A stretch of DNA of 64,000 bases from Clostridiales bacterium. Lineage in GTDB: Bacteria > Bacillota > Clostridia > Peptostreptococcales > NVVX01. The notes under the pieces are model-generated. The model was not told the DNA's origin. It saw only the letters and a program-made list of their open reading frames with translations, and did no database searches. Below, in pieces: positions 36,415 to 45,721 of the stretch (positions are counted from its first letter, which is position 1; each line of letters starts with the position of its first letter). The DNA is taken from NCBI GenBank assembly GCA_021129775.1, contig JAJOKP010000012.1:280-64279 (forward strand). Direction: 5' to 3'. The position numbers and the translations under genes were made by a program.

Positions 36415-37191
36415 TTACATAATTACATAAATCATAAAATAATATACCGCAGGTGCTGTAAAGATAATACTGTCAATTCTATCCAAAATTCCACCATGTC
36501 CTGGTATAATGTTACCAAAATCTTTAATACCAATATGCCTTTTAATTGCAGAGGCAAACATATCGCCTACTTGTGATAGTATGCTCCCAAAAAAACCTAA
36601 AAATATGATAGGAAACAGAAACTTTGGAATCAACAAGTATGCAAATATTCCACTAATAAGCATACTTCCAAAAATTCCTCCAATAGCACCTTGGACTGTT
36701 TTTTGGGGGCTAATTTTAGGGCATAGCTTTTTCTTGCCAAAGAAATGTCCTGAAAAATAGGCAAAAGTATCTGTTGCTGAAGCTATAATAAACACTAGCC
36801 AAATCAAATAAAAATTTTCTACGTTAATGAATAATAAAAGATGGGCGAGTGTTGATCCAATATAGATTACACCAAACAATGTTATAGCAAGATCAACAAT
36901 GTTGTACTTCTCAAAATTAAAAACTAATGTGACAGATAGTGTTAACAATGCTACCGAAAGTAAAGGCAGAGTCAAAGTATTTGTAGCGCAATATATTAGA
37001 ACTGCTGTTATAATAACACCTGTTTTTTTAGCTGGATTTATATTTATGTTTTTAAAAGCCTTATATAATTCAAGAAGTGCAATAGTTGAAATTATCATAA
37101 TTGCAGCTACCAAAACTACGTACTCTTGCAATAAAACAAATATAAGTACTAAAAAACTCAACACTCCACTGACAACGCGTTTAAGCATCAT
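36415..37191 (-). CDS. cdsA: phosphatidate cytidylyltransferase
   Basis: 258 aa; polytopic membrane protein; C-terminal signature SAIKRHIGIKDFGNIIPGHGGILDRIDS. Confidence 0.93.
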   Translation of the reverse strand: MMLKRVVSGVLSFLVLIFVLLQEYVVLVAAIMIISTIALLELYKAFKNININPAKKTGVIITAVLIYCATNTLTLPLLSVALLTLSVTLVFNFEKYNIVDLAITLFGVIYIGSTLAHLLLFINVENFYLIWLVFIIASATDTFAYFSGHFFGKKKLCPKISPQKTVQGAIGGIFGSMLISGIFAYLLIPKFLFPIIFLGFFGSILSQVGDMFASAIKRHIGIKDFGNIIPGHGGILDRIDSIIFTAPAVYYFMIYVIM

Positions 37192-37910
37192 TGTTCCCCC
37201 TCAGACATTCCGAATCTTCTATCTCTATTTTGAAAATCCTTAATTGCATCTAACATATGTTCTCCTTTAAAATCGGGCCATAAGACATCGGTAAACCAAA
37301 GCTCAGCATATGCAGATTGCCATATCAAAAAATTACTAATTCTATATTCTCCACTTGTGCGTATTAGTAAATCTACATCTGGCATGCCTATAGTATCTAA
37401 GTAATTGTTTAATAATTCTTCAGTTATATTTAATGGTGCTAGTTTATCTTCTTTTACATCACTACATATTTTCTTTGTTGCTCTTACTAACTCGTCTCGA
37501 CCGCCATAATTCAACGCAATAGTAAGAATTATTCCACCGTTTGATTTAGTTAATTCAACAGCTTTTGAAATTTTAGTTTGAAGTTCATCAGAAAATTTGC
37601 TAGTACTACCTATTATATTAATCCTAACGTCATTCCTGTGTAATTCTATAGTTTCTTTTCCTAGGTACTCGACTAACAATTGCATAAGTGCAGAAACTTC
37701 ATTTTTAGGTCTGTTCCAGTTTTCGGTAGAGAAAGCATATAGTGTCAGATATTTTATCCCAATATTTTTAGCAGTTTTAATTACATCTCTAAGTGCGTTA
37801 ACTCCTGCTCTGTGCCCTAAGGCTCTTGGAAGAAATCTTTTTTTTGCCCATCTTCCATTACCGTCCATTATTATTGCTATGTGTTTTGGTACGTTTTTTA
37901 GGTTTACCAT
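37188..37910 (-). CDS. uppS: isoprenyl transferase (undecaprenyl diphosphate synthase)
   Basis: HIAIIMDGNGRWAKK and YAFSTENWNRP motifs. Start at MVNLKNVPK. The longer ORF in the track reads through repeat B3. Confidence 0.94.
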   Translation of the reverse strand: MVNLKNVPKHIAIIMDGNGRWAKKRFLPRALGHRAGVNALRDVIKTAKNIGIKYLTLYAFSTENWNRPKNEVSALMQLLVEYLGKETIELHRNDVRINIIGSTSKFSDELQTKISKAVELTKSNGGIILTIALNYGGRDELVRATKKICSDVKEDKLAPLNITEELLNNYLDTIGMPDVDLLIRTSGEYRISNFLIWQSAYAELWFTDVLWPDFKGEHMLDAIKDFQNRDRRFGMSEGEQ

Positions 37911-37980
37911 TGTACTAGTTCCTTTCAACTGAAATTCAAACATAAAAAGTTTTATTAAAAAACTAATCCTAATCATCCCC

Positions 37981-38033
37981 AGGCCCATTCGACTCGCAAG
38001 CTCGCTCAGGGTGACCAAGGGGGAAACGAGGGT
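37981..38033. repeat. Intergenic repeat family B, copy 3
   Basis: AGGCCCATTCGACTCGCAAGCTCGCTCAGGGTGACCAAGGGGGAAACGAGGG, between the 74-aa ORF and uppS. Confidence 0.8.
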
Positions 38034-38257
38034 TAAAAATACGAGACAGTTAATTTTACAGCAGACTCAATAGAAGTCCTCTCCCATGATTCCACTTGAT
38101 ATGTATCAGTTGTTTCTTGTTTAACGACTCTCAGATTACCATACTCTAGTTTTTTCTTCCCACTAGTTTCTTGTACAACTACAGTGTACCCCTTTATTTC
38201 TAATCTCAACAATGCATCTTTTAAACAAAATCCAAGTACATTAGAAACAGTGTGCAA
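38033..38257 (-). CDS. hypothetical 74-aa protein (PASTA-like sequence pattern)
   Basis: TTG start 7 nt after a GGAGG that lies inside the frr 3' end. Reads VSNVLGFCLKDALLRLEIKGYTVVVQETSG...; no family is assigned with any confidence. Confidence 0.4.
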   Translation of the reverse strand: MHTVSNVLGFCLKDALLRLEIKGYTVVVQETSGKKKLEYGNLRVVKQETTDTYQVESWERTSIESAVKLTVSYF

Positions 38258-38259
38258 AT

Positions 38260-38817
38260 TTATACCTCCATAATTTCACTTTCTTTTTTGACTAGTATGT
38301 CATCAATTTGTTTGCTAAATTTATCTGTTAATTTCTGTGCTTCATCAAGTGATTTTTTTAAATCATCTTCGGTTAATTCGTTGCTTTTTTCCATTTTCTT
38401 AAGAAGATCATTGGCATCTCTTCTTTCATTTCTAAGTGCTACTTTTGCTTCTTCAGCAGTTTTTTTTGCGATTTTTATCAAGTTTTTTCTTCTTTCTTCT
38501 GTTAATTGAGGAATACTTAGTCTAATTATTTTACCATCATTAGATGGGTTTAATCCTAAATCAGACTGGAGTATTGCTTTTTCAATGTTTTTAATAGCAG
38601 TTTGATCGTATGGTTGAACTACAATAAGTCTTGGTTCAGGTGCAGAAACAGATGCAAGCTGATTTATAGGTGTTGGCGATCCATAATAGTCAATTGAAAG
38701 TCTATCTAATAAAGAAGGATTAGCTCTACCAGCACGAATGCTTTTTAAATCATCTTTCATTGCACCAATTGTTTTATTCATTTTCACTTCTAATTTTTCA
38801 TGGATATCAGTACGCAT
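38260..38817 (-). CDS. frr: ribosome recycling factor
   Basis: 185 aa; ..LKSIRAGRANPSLLD...YYGSPTPINQLASVS..PEPR..; classic RRF. Confidence 0.97.
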   Translation of the reverse strand: MRTDIHEKLEVKMNKTIGAMKDDLKSIRAGRANPSLLDRLSIDYYGSPTPINQLASVSAPEPRLIVVQPYDQTAIKNIEKAILQSDLGLNPSNDGKIIRLSIPQLTEERRKNLIKIAKKTAEEAKVALRNERRDANDLLKKMEKSNELTEDDLKKSLDEAQKLTDKFSKQIDDILVKKESEIMEV

Positions 38818-38878
38818 AATTTACCTCCAATTAAACAAATTTGTATTAATAATTGTTTTCGTAATAACTTTGTTAACG

Positions 38879-39589
38879 TTAGCCACTTATCGAGGTACCA
38901 ATTTCTTCGCCTAAAATAACTCTTTTAATATTCTCTGGAGTTTTAAGACCAAATACTTTTATTGGAATACTATTTTCCATACATAGCGAAACAGCAGTTA
39001 AATCCATCACCTTTAGTCCTAATTTTAATACTTCAATATACGTTAAAGATTTAAATTTCTTTGCAGTAGAATCATTAGTTGGATCCTTATCATACACAGC
39101 ATCAACCTTTTTTGCCAAAAGTATTACTTCTGCATCAATTTCAGCAGCTCTTAGTGAAGCAGCTGTGTCAGTTGTAAAAAAAGGATTGCCAGTTCCACCA
39201 GCGAAAATTACAATTCTGTCTTTTTCTAAATGCCGTATTGCTCTTCTTCTAATATAAGGCTCTGCAATTTGCTTCATTTCAATAGCCGTTTGGAGCCTTG
39301 TAGCAACTCCAACATTTTCCAAAGAATCTTGTAAGGCTAGTCCGTTTAAAACAGTAGCAGTCATTCCCATATAATCTGCTGTCGCTTTGTCCATGCCAGC
39401 ACTAGTTCTGCCACGCCAAAAATTTCCTCCTCCGACTACTATGGCAATCTGTACTCCCATCAAAGCAATTTCTTTTACTTGGTTTGCAATTACATTAACT
39501 GTGTTAGTATCTAAACCAAATTTCTTATCACCAGCTAGTGCTTCTCCACTGAGTTTAAGTAAAACCCTTTTATATATTGGGGTCGCCAT
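38879..39589 (-). CDS. pyrH: UMP kinase
   Basis: 236 aa; [23 protein letters not shown]. Confidence 0.97.
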   Translation of the reverse strand: MATPIYKRVLLKLSGEALAGDKKFGLDTNTVNVIANQVKEIALMGVQIAIVVGGGNFWRGRTSAGMDKATADYMGMTATVLNGLALQDSLENVGVATRLQTAIEMKQIAEPYIRRRAIRHLEKDRIVIFAGGTGNPFFTTDTAASLRAAEIDAEVILLAKKVDAVYDKDPTNDSTAKKFKSLTYIEVLKLGLKVMDLTAVSLCMENSIPIKVFGLKTPENIKRVILGEEIGTSISG

Positions 39590-39715
39590 TTTTTTTACCT
39601 CCTAAAGACGTTTTCTACATTTAATAGAAAATCCCTTCATCATATTTGAAAATATTTATTGCTTTGCTTAGAGCTTGTTCCTAAGGAGAACAAAATTGGT
39701 TCTCCTCTTTAAAAA

Positions 39716-40363
39716 TTATTTGGCAATTTGTTTTGCTACTTCCTCAGCGAAATTTTCTTCTCTTTTTTCAAGCCCTTCGCCAACTTCAAATCTTGCAAAT
39801 CTTCTAATGCTTAATTTTTCTCCTATTTTAGCAATTTTTTCATTTAGTAAGTGCCCTATTGTAATATCAGGGTCTTTAACAAAAGCTTGCTCTAACAAAC
39901 AAACTTCTTTATGGTATTTTCCTATCCTGCCTTCAACCATTTTATCAACAATTTTTTCTGGTTTGCCTTCATTTAGTGCTTGTTTTCTTAATATTTCGCG
40001 CTCTTTATTAATTTCTTCTGCCGGTATTTCATCAATGCTTACAAATTTCGGATTTGATGCAGCTACTTGCATTGCCACGTCTCTAGCAAACTCTTGAAAT
40101 TCTTGGTTCTTAGCGACAAAGTCAGTTTCTGAATTTATCTCCACTAAAACACCAATTCTACCTCCATGTATATAAGATGTGACAATTCCTTCTGCTGCAA
40201 TTCTTCCTGCTTTCTTTGCTGCTGCTGCCAGTCCTTTTTCTCTTAACGTCTCAATAGCTTTTTTAATATCACCATTTGCGCTTACTAGTGCTTTTTTACA
40301 GTCAAGCATACCTGCACCAGACTTTTCTCTTACCTCTTTTACCATTGATGCTGTTACGTTCAT
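39716..40363 (-). CDS. tsf: elongation factor Ts (short form)
   Basis: 215 aa; [25 protein letters not shown]-like N-terminus. Confidence 0.96.
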   Translation of the reverse strand: MNVTASMVKEVREKSGAGMLDCKKALVSANGDIKKAIETLREKGLAAAAKKAGRIAAEGIVTSYIHGGRIGVLVEINSETDFVAKNQEFQEFARDVAMQVAASNPKFVSIDEIPAEEINKEREILRKQALNEGKPEKIVDKMVEGRIGKYHKEVCLLEQAFVKDPDITIGHLLNEKIAKIGEKLSIRRFARFEVGEGLEKREENFAEEVAKQIAK

Positions 40364-40390
40364 CTAAATTCCTCCTATTTAATGTCATAA

Positions 40391-40432
40391 AAGGTAAGGG
40401 AGTAAGGGAAAATCCCTCTATACCCTTACCTT
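40391..40432 (-). terminator. rpsB-tsf intercistronic hairpin (attenuator or partial terminator)
   Basis: Minus strand: AAGGTAAGGG..(inner AGGGA-ttt-TCCCT)..CCCTTACCTT, followed by TTAT. Confidence 0.5.
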
Positions 40433-40457
40433 GCAGTAGTAAATATTTATTGCTTTA

Positions 40458-40498
40458 CCATCGTCCAACAATCGCTTCACTATCGCTCAACCATCGCT
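40458..40498. repeat. about 3.5 tandem copies of an 11-nt unit (NNNNNATCGCT) directly after the rpsB stop
   Basis: accATCGTc caacaATCGCT tcactATCGCT caaccATCGCT, read on the plus strand. Confidence 0.6.
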
Positions 40499-40500
40499 TT

Positions 40501-41202
40501 CTACTCTTCTTCAGTTTGTACTCCTTGTTTCCCTTCTATCACTGCATTTGCCATAGTACCTGTAAGCAATCTAACTGCACGTATTGCGTCATCGTTTCCA
40601 GGGATTACATAATCAGCCTCATCAGGGTCACAGTTAGTATCTACTATTGATACTACTGGAATACCTAATTTTTGTGCTTCTTTAATTGCAATTCTCTCCT
40701 TGCGTGGGTCTACTACAAAAATAGCCCCAGGAAGTTCTTTCATGTCCTTTATTCCACCTAAGAATTTGTTGAGCCTGTCTTTTTCGAGCCTTAGCTTTAT
40801 TACTTCTTTTTTAGGTAGAGCTTCAAACGTGCCGTCTTCTTCCATTTTCTCTAGTTTGTGTAATCTGTCTATCCTAATTTTAATTGTCTTATAGTTAGTA
40901 AGCATCCCGCCCAACCACCGGTTATTTACATAGTACATATTACATCTTTTCGCTTCTTCTTCGATTGCAGCCTGTGCTTGTTTTTTTGTTCCAACAAAGA
41001 GAATATTCTTTCCTTCTGACGCGATATCTCTTATGATATTGTACGCTTCTTCAACTTTTCTAACAGTTTTCTGTAGGTCAATAATATAGATTCCATTTCT
41101 CTCTGTGAAAATGTAGTCCGCCATTTTCGGATTCCATCTTCTAGTCTGATGTCCAAAATGAACACCCGCTTCTAATAATTGTTTCATTGAAATTACTGGC
41201 AT
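40501..41202 (-). CDS. rpsB: 30S ribosomal protein S2
   Basis: [27 protein letters not shown]; RBS AAAGGAGG 7 nt upstream. The longer ORF in the track is a read-through. Confidence 0.96.
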   Translation of the reverse strand: MPVISMKQLLEAGVHFGHQTRRWNPKMADYIFTERNGIYIIDLQKTVRKVEEAYNIIRDIASEGKNILFVGTKKQAQAAIEEEAKRCNMYYVNNRWLGGMLTNYKTIKIRIDRLHKLEKMEEDGTFEALPKKEVIKLRLEKDRLNKFLGGIKDMKELPGAIFVVDPRKERIAIKEAQKLGIPVVSIVDTNCDPDEADYVIPGNDDAIRAVRLLTGTMANAVIEGKQGVQTEEE

Positions 41203-41303
41203 TTCATTGCCTCCTTTAGTTTTTCTTCCACTTTCATCATCTTCACTTAGAACCTTTGGCACCACTAAGTGAATTAGGAAGTGTGTTTTTTTTACCCTTA
41301 AAC

Positions 41304-41332
41304 ATCTTAACATATAGTTTGGTACAATTCAA
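41304..41332 (-). promoter_or_regulatory. candidate sigma-A promoter for rpsB-tsf
   Basis: Minus strand: TTGAAT, 17 nt, TAAGAT, about 100 nt upstream of the rpsB ATG and just downstream of palindromic element A2. Confidence 0.3.
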
Positions 41333-41365
41333 CAGGAATATGCAATAAAAAAAATTCCTACTAAT

Positions 41366-41468
41366 GGGGTCAGGGTTGAAAAGTTGAATTGATTTCGTGT
41401 CTATTTGACTGTATACCTCGTGTAATCCTTCGCACAACTGGTGTATTCAACTTTTCAACCCTGACCCC
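41366..41468. repeat. Palindromic MITE-like element family A, copy 2 (103 bp, perfect 24-bp terminal inverted repeats)
   Basis: GGGGTCAGGGTTGAAAAGTTGAAT ...55 nt... ATTCAACTTTTCAACCCTGACCCC. The termini match copy 1 (GGGGTCAGGSTTGARAAGTTGA). Confidence 0.85.
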
Positions 41469-41473
41469 CTAAA

Positions 41474-42016
41474 TTACTTTATTAGGATTTTAATAATTTC
41501 TTCTATAGTGCTATATTGAGGTATAACTTTCTTGCCGTGTTTTAAAGTTCTAGTCGCACTTAGTCTGTTTGCAACTTCTATGAATTCTACTACATCTTTA
41601 ACTAATCCTTTTTCGTATAACAATTCAGCTATTTCCGTACTGTTCATCCCTTCATCTATTTCAAAGAGAACATAGGTCGCATTTTCGGTTTCAGTTTTCT
41701 TTCTACTTTCTTGATTGTCAACGCCAACTTCCTTATTATTTTCTTCACCTGCTATATTATCGTCTTTCTCGTTACTCTCATCAACTGAATTAATATTTTC
41801 AATAATAGTTTCTTTACTCTGGTCTGTTTCCGTGTTCAAAAGGTTCTTAATTCTATTAACTGAGTGCTCGAAATTTAATTCTTCAGAAGTAAGATTAACA
41901 TCTTCACTAGGTTCAGTAGGATTATAAAAAAGCAGATTAATCGAAGCAATAAGAATCATTCCTATACCAATGCCAATTGTTGCACTCTTAGTACAAAATT
42001 TATACAAAATATCCAC
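41474..42016 (-). CDS. hypothetical membrane-anchored protein (C-terminal region resembles the small N-terminal domain of MltG/YceG)
   Basis: 180 aa; one N-terminal TM helix, an acidic linker, then MNSTEIAELLYEKGLVKDVVEFIEVANRL..LKHGKKVIP. Confidence 0.4.
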   Translation of the reverse strand: MDILYKFCTKSATIGIGIGMILIASINLLFYNPTEPSEDVNLTSEELNFEHSVNRIKNLLNTETDQSKETIIENINSVDESNEKDDNIAGEENNKEVGVDNQESRKKTETENATYVLFEIDEGMNSTEIAELLYEKGLVKDVVEFIEVANRLSATRTLKHGKKVIPQYSTIEEIIKILIK

Positions 42017-42017
42017 C

Positions 42018-42446
42018 TCATTTAAGCAATTTTATAATCATCTCCACTTCTCTATAGCTCTTTTTTAGCTGTTTAGCAATGTCCTCTGTAGTGACATTCG
42101 ATTTGTATAAAGAAATGACTTCCTCATTCTTTTTCTCAAACATTTGATATTTAAGTGTACTATTAAATGAATCATCGTCTTCTCCAAATTCTAAGTCTGT
42201 TTTTCTTGTTTTGTATTTTTTATCATTTCCCTCTAAATCGATTGATTTTAGTACTAATCCTATGTTCTCTGAAAGTTGCTTTACTTCATTATTTATTTTA
42301 GCAACTTCCACTCTTATAGCATAGTTTTCCTGCGTGGTATTTTTATCACTGTCATTTCTCTGAAATCTATTCTCTTTAATTATCAAAAATACTGCCACTA
42401 ATATCACTATACAACCTATAATTATAATATATGAGTTATAATTCAT
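42018..42446 (-). CDS. hypothetical membrane-anchored protein
   Basis: 142 aa; N-terminal TM helix, coiled region, C-terminal HTH-like TTEDIAKQLKKSYREVEMIIKLL. Confidence 0.4.
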   Translation of the reverse strand: MNYNSYIIIIGCIVILVAVFLIIKENRFQRNDSDKNTTQENYAIRVEVAKINNEVKQLSENIGLVLKSIDLEGNDKKYKTRKTDLEFGEDDDSFNSTLKYQMFEKKNEEVISLYKSNVTTEDIAKQLKKSYREVEMIIKLLK

Positions 42447-42504
42447 TTTACACCTCGTGTTTTCTAACGACTTGGGCGAAGCTCAAGTATCGCGTCACCA
42501 CCGT

Positions 42505-42855
42505 CTAAATTCTGATATCCAATTTTGACCCAACTTGCTCAGACTCATCAACAATTCTATTTTTCCTTGAATTGTCTTGCTTTTTACTAGTTTCTGAATC
42601 TTGCTTGTTTTTTTTTCTTCTTTTCTTTGCATTTTGTTGCTCTTTAGTAATCTTATCCTTAGAAATTCTCGCATGTTCCTTAGCTTCAGCAGATCTAACT
42701 TTGCTCAAGTTTTTCTTTATCACAACCTCTTGTTGGTTTTGAATTTGACTGCTCAACACCTTAGGACGATTCAAATCGCTCTGCTTTATTTTAGCTTCTT
42801 TTACAGAGGTTGCTAACGTCATATGCATATCTATTGGCTTAATCGACATACTCAA
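42505..42855 (-). CDS. hypothetical lysine-rich protein at the end of the fla/che operon
   Basis: 116 aa; MSIKPIDMHMTLATSVKEAKIKQ.. then a K/R/Q/E-rich low-complexity region. Confidence 0.35.
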   Translation of the reverse strand: MSMSIKPIDMHMTLATSVKEAKIKQSDLNRPKVLSSQIQNQQEVVIKKNLSKVRSAEAKEHARISKDKITKEQQNAKKRRKKNKQDSETSKKQDNSRKNRIVDESEQVGSKLDIRI

Positions 42856-42860
42856 TGCAC

Positions 42861-44465
42861 CTACTTTTCATAAGCTCCAATTGTAACTTCTCCATTTTTC
42901 TTAAATAAAGTACTGCAAGGTAATTCATCGCTAATATGCATTATTGCATCAATTATTGTAATTTTAACTCCTGGGTAAATTACATTTGATGCATGAACCT
43001 TGCCTCTTGATAGATTGTTAATCATATTATCTATAATCTTTCTTCTCGCTTTAAGTGCAGTCTGATTAGCCATTAAAGCTTTGTAAGCATTTAAGGAGTT
43101 TATTAAAAGCTCTTTCTTTGTTGTTGGGAGATGCCCTTCTTTTAGCGCTTTATTTAATAGCTCTATTGTTTTCATTAGCTCATTACACTTTTTTTGAATG
43201 TTTTTTATTTCATTCGCTAACTCTATGTGTTTTGTTCTTATTTCTGGATCAATGCCTACTTCTAGATCAGTAGTCGTTCCCATGTTAGAACCAATAATTG
43301 CTGCTCTAATAAATTCTCCTGCTCTCAGTTTTCCACCTGCTATAGTCGCTTTTTTTCCATTAACAATTATTTTTCTTTTTGCTGTAACAAAACTATGTAA
43401 TATAAAATCAACTTCCACGTCACCATGGCAAATCACTTCGGCATTTTCAATGAATTTGGTATGCAAATTGCCTTCACATTCTATTTTGGCTTGATTATTT
43501 CCTTGTATTCCTCTGTCTACCGTAATGTTTCCTTTAGCACTTATAGTTGCTCCTTCAATTACACCCTTCACGTGGATATCACCGCCAGCAACAATTGAAA
43601 AACCAGTTCTGACACTGTTTTTTACAATGACCGTTCCTTTAAAGCTAATATTTCCTGTAGCGTTATCTACATTATGCTCAATTTCGAGAATTTCACTCAC
43701 TGTTATTTTTCCGCTTTTTTCAACTATAACGCGTCCGTCTATAGCAGAATAATACTTCAACTTATCTTCACTTTCAATAATATTGGCACCTGTTTTAATT
43801 TTTGCATCTTTGCCATTTTTTGCTGATATACTTACCCCCATAACATTGGTACCTACAATTCCTTCAGTCGCAGGACTAATTTCTAGTAATAACTCACCTT
43901 TCAATACGTTTTTAACAATATTCAATCGTTTATGATCTATTGTACCATCACTTCTTGTTGTAGGTGTAATTTCTTTTTCAGTACAAAAATGGTAAAGTAT
44001 TTTAGCGTCTGTCCCATTAACAGGTGGTTTTCCCTTAGCAACTAATAAATAGATATCCGTTAGTTTTGCAGAAACCATGGAATTAATTTGGTTTTCATCA
44101 ATGCCATGCACAACCCCACGGGCATTCAGTTCATCAATCAATTCGCTAGTAGTAATAAATGTTGAGCCTTCATTTGGAGTAAGTTTTAAATTAGCTTCCA
44201 TTTTATCTTTAGATATATCTAGGATTGCTTTATTTTTGATTTCTATTTCGCTTTGTTTTGGTGCAATTTTTATATTTTCTCCTTTTTTATGAGTTGCATA
44301 TTCAACTTGCTCTGCATCAACATCAAAAACCATCTTCTTGTCTAAACGAGAAAGTATGTCAGAAGCAATTACCGAAACGTCTGAAGCCACATTTTCGCAT
44401 ACTTTTACATAAACTCCATCTTCTCTATAGAATACTTCAAATTCCTGAGTTTCTTTAATGTTCAT
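42861..44465 (-). CDS. DUF342 (FapA-like) flagellar-associated protein
   Basis: 534 aa; beta-helix-like repeats (GDIHVKGVIEGATISAKGNITVDRGIQG..) and a C-terminal coiled coil; conserved position after sigD. Confidence 0.75.
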   Translation of the reverse strand: MNIKETQEFEVFYREDGVYVKVCENVASDVSVIASDILSRLDKKMVFDVDAEQVEYATHKKGENIKIAPKQSEIEIKNKAILDISKDKMEANLKLTPNEGSTFITTSELIDELNARGVVHGIDENQINSMVSAKLTDIYLLVAKGKPPVNGTDAKILYHFCTEKEITPTTRSDGTIDHKRLNIVKNVLKGELLLEISPATEGIVGTNVMGVSISAKNGKDAKIKTGANIIESEDKLKYYSAIDGRVIVEKSGKITVSEILEIEHNVDNATGNISFKGTVIVKNSVRTGFSIVAGGDIHVKGVIEGATISAKGNITVDRGIQGNNQAKIECEGNLHTKFIENAEVICHGDVEVDFILHSFVTAKRKIIVNGKKATIAGGKLRAGEFIRAAIIGSNMGTTTDLEVGIDPEIRTKHIELANEIKNIQKKCNELMKTIELLNKALKEGHLPTTKKELLINSLNAYKALMANQTALKARRKIIDNMINNLSRGKVHASNVIYPGVKITIIDAIMHISDELPCSTLFKKNGEVTIGAYEK

Positions 44466-44480
44466 TCAATACACTCCCTA

Positions 44481-45206
44481 TCAGAATACCAATTTCGGTT
44501 TTAACCGTGAAATAGCTTTAGAATGAAGTTGCGATATCCTTGATTCAGATACTCCTAAAATTTTTCCAATTTCTTTATATGTCAGTTCGTCATAATAATA
44601 GAAAGCAATAATGGCTTTTTCTCTTTCTGGTAGTTCATCTATACTCATTTTCAATGTTTCTACAGTCTCTTTGTCACATATGATATTTTCTGGGAGGCTA
44701 CTTTCGCTACTAACAAAACTACTAGTATTTCCCTCTATAAGCTTTTCCTCAAGCGAAATAATATTTAAGTTGCTAATTTGCAACAGCAAATCTTGAAATT
44801 CTTTCACTGATACTCCAATTTCGTTTGCTATTTCAAAATCGTAAGCGTTTCTACCTAATTTGCTTTCTAATTTTTGGCAAGCTGTTTCTACTATTTTCGA
44901 TTTTTGTCTAACAGATCTAGGTATCCAATCTAAACTTCTTAATTGATCAACAATCGAGCCACGAATTCTAATTTGCGCATAGGTTTCAAACTTAATATTT
45001 TTTGTGATATCAAATTTTTCTATAGCGTCAATTAACCCAAAAATTCCGTAACCTACTAGGTCGTCATAATCGACATTAGAACCATATGTACTATACATTC
45101 TGCCTGAAATTATTTTTACTAATTCTACATACTTTTCTATAAGAGCATTTTTTGCATTCTTACTAGAATTATTTTTATATTCCTGCCACAAATCTAAAGA
45201 ATCCAC
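44481..45206 (-). CDS. fliA: flagellar sigma factor FliA/SigD (sigma-28)
   Basis: 241 aa; sigma-70 regions 2, 3 and 4 (DDLVGYGIFGLIDAIEKFD; LTYKEIGKILGVSESRISQLH). Confidence 0.93.
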   Translation of the reverse strand: MDSLDLWQEYKNNSSKNAKNALIEKYVELVKIISGRMYSTYGSNVDYDDLVGYGIFGLIDAIEKFDITKNIKFETYAQIRIRGSIVDQLRSLDWIPRSVRQKSKIVETACQKLESKLGRNAYDFEIANEIGVSVKEFQDLLLQISNLNIISLEEKLIEGNTSSFVSSESSLPENIICDKETVETLKMSIDELPEREKAIIAFYYYDELTYKEIGKILGVSESRISQLHSKAISRLKPKLVF

Positions 45207-45232
45207 CAGTAAGCCCCCTTAAGAAGAAAAAA

Positions 45233-45721
45233 CTAAATAGTTTTCACTCCATGACCAATAGTTTTAATCAATAAGTCTCCGTTACTAGGGTCAAATTCTA
45301 TAGTACGTCCATAATTCCCACCTGTATCTTCTGATAAAATTGGAATACGACACTCTTGTAAAATTGATTTAGTAGCCTCAGCATTTCTAAACCCTATTTT
45401 CATCAGATCATTAGCATTATTCGAAAATGCAAACATTTGCGCCCCACCAGCAATCTTAGCTACAATTTTACGCCTAGCAGCTCCCAAATCAATTATATCA
45501 CTTAATAACATTTTTATCGCTGTATCTGCAAATTTCGCTTTGTTTGAATTGTTTTTTATTTGGGTACTAGATGGAAGCATTATATGAGCTAACCCTGCAA
45601 TTTTTGCTTGTTTGTCATATAAGCAGATTCCAATACAAGAGCCTAATCCTAGTGTTGTCAATACATCTGGAGTTTTCGCAGTTTTGAACTCAGCCATCCC
45701 AACTTTAATCATTTTTTTCAT
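45233..45721 (-). CDS. cheD: chemoreceptor glutamine deamidase CheD
   Basis: 162 aa; TLGLGSCIGICLYD..GLAHIMLP. Confidence 0.92.
   Translation of the reverse strand: MKKMIKVGMAEFKTAKTPDVLTTLGLGSCIGICLYDKQAKIAGLAHIMLPSSTQIKNNSNKAKFADTAIKMLLSDIIDLGAARRKIVAKIAGGAQMFAFSNNANDLMKIGFRNAEATKSILQECRIPILSEDTGGNYGRTIEFDPSNGDLLIKTIGHGVKTI

Noticed and set aside
41243-41437. 64-aa minus-strand ORF spanning the MITE-like element and the rpsB leader
   Set aside because: It starts inside the terminal inverted repeat and runs into the rpsB 5' UTR. It has no RBS and a low-complexity product.
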